Origin: Reclinomonas americana ATCC 50394
Taxonomy: Eukaryota
DNA length: 37,603 nt
Assembly: GCA_048213135.1 (NCBI GenBank)
Contig: PS015453.1
Span: forward strand, 1-37,603
Reading direction: 5' to 3'
Each line of letters starts with the position of its first letter. Positions within the stretch are counted from its first letter, which is position 1. Below are positions 33,501 to 37,603 of this stretch, piece by piece. The translations under genes were made by a program, and so were the position numbers. The notes beneath the pieces were generated by a model. It was not told the DNA's origin. It worked only from the letters and a program-made list of their open reading frames with translations, and made no database searches.

Positions 33501-36250
33501 GCACCGTCGGCACACGCTGTTGCGTCGCGGAGGGTTCCCTTCTTTTGCTTCGATCACTGCTCACACTGATTGCCCATGCTGCAGAGTGCCGGTGGATCGC
33601 CGCGATTCGGTCACTACTTTGCATTCGTTCACACTGGAGAACAACGACTGGGGGTGAGTGGGCGTTGAGGGAACAGCGCGAGAGAAAGAATCTCACCGCC
33701 ATTGCAGGAGCCTGTGGTCGAAGTCGTCGACATTGGCGTGTCGTCGCGCATTGACTCGCTGGTGTCGATTTTCATGACTGCCGTGTGCGTCAGTCGCTCA
33801 CAACAGAGCGGCGGTACTCCGAGCTCGGCTGAGGTTCGTTCTCCGTCGTTTATCGTAATAAGCAGTAGCGCGGTGACTGACTTGCCGCTCTTGCAGTCGA
33901 GCATCTCGTCGCCGGGACTGCCGCCCGACATTCTTGGCATTGGATTGCAGCTGCGCTCGCTGCTGTTCGATCCGGTGCTGCCGTTCCTGCCAAGCACGTG
34001 CACACGGGTGAGTTTCCCAGGCCATGCATATATCGAGTGGAGGGAGTGATTCTGACTTGTTCTGTGTTCCGAGCAGTTGCTGATCAGTCCCGACGGCACA
34101 CTGTGGGAACTCAATTTTGACATTCTGCCGATTCCCGCCGAGTACAGCTTCAAGTGTGTGAGCTCGCAGCGCACAGGTGCGTGATTTTTGGAGTGGTGTG
34201 CCTTCTGCACATGTGGGTTGCTGATCTCCATCCCTGCAGACGAAGTGATTCAGCGACTGAATATTCTCGCTGCACCGGCACGGTCGCGCTCGGCGCTGCA
34301 GTCACTGCGGTCGCCGTCGTCCGCACGTGCCGGATCGCCATCGTCGCCGATGCTCAACGGACGCGGTTCGTCACCGACTCCGTCGCGTCTCGGTTTCGAG
34401 TCGCCAGTGCTGCGCAGCCCGTCGGGTGTGCGCAGCAACACGCCGGCCACCATGCTGACATCGAGCACTCGTTGCGTTCCGTGCATTGCGTCCTCTTTTG
34501 AACATCTCTCACTCACGCGCACGCATGCACACACACACGCAGCCTTGCCACTGCCGCTCTCCAGCGAAACAGATCCGACGCAGCGGTACCTGGTCGACGT
34601 GGCCGTCATTGCATACGTGCACAGTGCGCGCGATCTCATTCGTCGTGCGGCCAACGACAACACGGCCAAAGTGGGCCACGTACCGACGCAGCCCGTCATG
34701 ATTGTGCGTACAAACACATCGGCCTGTCTTGCATCCGATGTCTCTGAAATCGCGTCTACGCAGTTGCACCAAGGTGGTGTCATCATGGAGGGTTCCGAGT
34801 CGTGGTCGACGGGCTCGCCCACGAGCGCCTCCGGCTCCGTTTCGTCACCGACTGCCGGCCGGCCGATTTCTATCGACACGCGCAGCTCTCGGGCCGACAC
34901 GATGGCCAGTCGCGAGCATCGCCGCTCCCCGTCACCGCACTATCCCGTCGCGAGTCCCACTGCCGCGCCGCCAAAAACCAAGTACGTTTTCACTCCCCAC
35001 TCCCCATCTCTTTCTCTCCCGCACACCGTGCTGACTGCACCCAAAAAGGCCGACACCATTCGAGGCGCTGGCCAGCCTGTGTCGCGACGTGTACGAGTCA
35101 TCGTATCGGTCGATTCAGTTTGAGCAGCTGGACACGCGTACGATTGATGCTGGTGGCGCACGCAAGGACGAGATCATGGCCCTCGTGCGACCCCGCATGT
35201 TGCAACTGACCTCGATTCTGGCGTGCGTATGCTGTGAACCAATCTCACGCCCTCTCTCCCACCTGCGCCACTCACTCTCCTGCATCCCCGCAGCTACGAC
35301 TTGCCGCTCGGCTACGACGGCGCCCTGTGCGACACGGATCCGTCGGCCAGATTACTGCGCGCGAGAATGCAGAGTCCGCCGACCACTGTGACGCTGCGCC
35401 CCATGGGCATTGGTCATCGAGTCGAAGAGATGCGCACGGTCAGTCAGATCAGTTCTCCACCCAGTGCCTCGGCGAGTGCTTTGCGCGACTTGCAGTCGTC
35501 GCCCTCGCAACGTCGTCTCGGTGCCACAGCCTCTGTCGCCCAGCGAAAGAAGGTGTGCGCTGCGAGGAGGCCTTTATTTTTTGGTACTCTTCTCTCCTCC
35601 TCACGCCGAAACACGCAGCTGTGGAGCGCACTGGAGACGTGGGCTCAGGGCTCCATGAGCATGCACTGCCCGAGTGGCATTCCGGTGGTGGGCCCCGATT
35701 TCGATGCCGGCATTTACACGGCGGTGGCCATGCGCAAGAGCGGCCTCACTGTGGCGCCACCGTACAATCCGCCCGAGCGCTGTCTGCCCGAGTACCTGTC
35801 GGCGCTGCTGCCGACCGATTTGGCGCAGATGCACCTGCTCGGCACCACGCTGGTGGTACTGGCCGCACTCGGTCAGACGCGGTTGGAGATCAAGGGGTCG
35901 TCGGCGCGTCGGCGGCTGTCGCAGGCGGTGGTGTCGGCCGGCGCGAGGTGTCTGGTGCAGAATCAGTGGTCGTCGGCGTCGGTGCAGATGCGACAGGCAA
36001 TCGGTGAGCGAAGGGGGAATTAGGGGAAGGGAATGGGGGGAAGAGAGAGGGGAAAGGGGAAGTTCACTGCGTCTCGAACTAACTCGCTATCTGGGCAGAC
36101 GATGTGCATCGAATCACCTTTGGCACGGTGGCCGACAAGCAGCTGTCTCTTCCGGAGGCCATTCGCATCGGCAAGCTGCGACTCAAGAAGGAATTCCCGC
36201 ATCCGTTCTTCTGGGGCTTCCTGCAGTGCTTTGGCGCAGGATCCGACTGA
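27546..36250 (+). CDS. Large TPR-repeat protein with C-terminal CHAT (caspase/HetF-like) domain lacking catalytic residues, ~34 exons
   Basis: TPR-like helices (AAELLHEALPL, LETLGLVYLEFGAPEEALNMF, LARALVALGDLL..EEAL). CHAT-family motifs in order: YKGLLLDA, VASALPPNTTFVDF, LRSLLFDPV, LLISPDGTLWELNFDILP, RYLVD..IAYVHSARDL, RPRMLQLTS, MRKSGL, LLGTTLVVLAALGQT, AVVSAGARCLVQNQW, HPFFWGFLQCFG. TGA at 36248-36250. Confidence 0.85.
28735..29381 (+). repeat. ~650-bp polypyrimidine (CT-rich) low-complexity tract in intron
   Basis: Almost exclusively C/T on the sense strand, up to the acceptor AG at 29391-29392. Confidence 0.9.
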
Positions 36251-36801
36251 GATCGATCGATGCATGTAAACTTTACCACTTCCGACGGCATGATCTCTCT
36301 CAATTCAACCTGATTGCTTTTTGCTTCACGGATCTGGACCCGGGTTTGCTTTGTGTTGGGTGCATATGTGCAGTGGGCGACCGCACAAAACGCTGAGCGT
36401 CTCTGCATGCGTGTTCCACTGTTATATCACAATTCTCGACTTGTTCGAAGCGCCGACAAGAAATCCAACTGCTGCCCTCAAGACTGGTGTTTGTGTTGAT
36501 GTTTGGATATACATGTGGCGCTGTGAACGACGTTGCTTTGCAGGCAAGCCAAGATCAATGTTTGTCACGATCCGAAGGCGTGCATTACATACGACATTCC
36601 GACTTTTCTTCTCGCACTGTTTCTGTTCTATTTCTGGTGCTCCTCAAGAAAGCATCATGCAGCAGCGTTGCTGTTTGCGATGTGAAGTTGTGTTGTCGTT
36701 TCCCGTCACAAACCCGGCAAAATCGCGGTCAAAGTTTTGCAAATTCATATTGTTTTCCGATACGCCTGCGCGACAAGTGTTCACTCTTTCGCACACAAGG
36801 A

Positions 36802-37314
36802 ATGGCAGACTCCAGCAACTCCGCGCCCTCTGTGGCCCGCCTGATGGGCGTCGGCATTGACGAGCAGAATGCACGCAACATGGTGGAGAACAGCGCTCGT
36901 CTCGCCGCTCTCCTCATCTACCTTCTCGACGAGGTACGCCTACATGAAAGCACACAGAACAACACGAGCGAGAAGAAGAGAAAAAAAGAGCGCAGTTTGG
37001 TGGGGGGTAAACAGGTGACGACATTTCGCACACATGCCCAAGCTCAAACACGCGCTCTCTGTTGCAGACGCACACGGCCGAGGGCTGTGATAAGAAGATC
37101 GGCACCATGTTGTCGTATGTGGCCTCCAAGATGCTCAAGCTGTTCACGCGGGAACAGGCGTTGTTGGTGGGTCGACTGGTCGCACGTGGTGAGGTGCAGT
37201 CGAATGCGCAGGTCGATGCCGCCGTCGAGTACTTGTCGCCGCTGCTGCAGTCGGATGGATCGCTGTTGGAGGGCGCGTTCGAGGAGAGTGCGTTGCGCGA
37301 GGCGGCGGGTGTTG
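36802..37314 (+). CDS. QARS1: Glutaminyl-tRNA synthetase, N-terminal eukaryote-specific domain (partial; gene runs off the window)
   Basis: Exons 36802-36933 and 37068-37314: GIDEQNARNMVEN..GCDKKIGTMLSYVASK..VQSNAQVDAAVEYL..AAGV(G), matching the GlnRS N-terminal appended domain. The window ends inside the next intron. Confidence 0.85.
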
Positions 37315-37490
37315 GTGAGTGTGGAGTGAAGTGGGAGGAAGGGGGGAGGGAGTGTGATCTCACTTTGGGCGTGCATCTGCTTCGCTGTCTTGCTGTTGTC
37401 TCTCACTCACTCTCTTCTGGCTCTCCTCCTCTTGTGTCACGTTGTTGCACATCTGTTCACTGATTCTTTCCCCTTCGCTCATTCTTCTTC

Positions 37491-37494
<4 letters not shown>

Positions 37495-37539
<45 letters not shown>

Positions 37540-37603
37540 GTCTCTCTCTCTCTCTCGTTACGTCTCGTACGTACGTACGTCGTACGTACGTACGTCGTCT
37601 CGT
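37495..37603. repeat. (CT)n and (CGTA)n simple repeats at sequence end
   Basis: Dinucleotide run degrading into CGTA/CGTC units; intronic, possibly a low-quality contig end. Confidence 0.8.

Noticed and set aside
36270-36800. ORFs or ncRNA in the lower-GC spacer before QARS
   Set aside because: No host-like codon bias, no recognisable motif, and no tRNA/snRNA structure visible.
1-37603. Alternative genetic code or stop read-through to explain fragmented ORFs
   Set aside because: In-frame stops fall inside introns, and TAG (158), TAA (6391, 20727) and TGA (14266, 36248) all end genes normally.
37540-37603. Telomeric repeat at the window end
   Set aside because: Irregular CT/CGTA units inside a QARS intron with no G-rich telomere unit; more likely a microsatellite or poor-quality contig end.

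Overview
Compact, GC-rich, intron-dense eukaryotic (protist-like) genomic DNA, standard genetic code. Hand-splicing gives 12 genes and about 95 introns, mostly 55-90 nt, with the longer ones filled by microsatellites. In order: NSUN2/Trm4 (-), an orphan (+), a ZnT5/Msc2-type zinc transporter (-), a Crinkler/RHS-type NTPase + restriction-endonuclease-fold + HhH effector (+), an intronless bacterial-type SRPBCC gene (+), TOM22, HRD1, SKA3 (all +), two divergent orphans, a ~33-intron TPR-CHAT protein lacking its catalytic residues (+), and the 5' end of glutaminyl-tRNA synthetase. The most unusual signal is in splicing: about 28 donors form a second class, H|GTTNNG (mostly GTTGCG). This is the normal G|GTNNG donor displaced by one base, and it almost never follows an exonic G. 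Also notable: the NSUN2 divergent promoter is a five-copy ~150-bp tandem array that includes both start codons and keeps a stem-loop despite sequence change. All gene models and family calls come from reading frames and remembered motifs; no database search was run.
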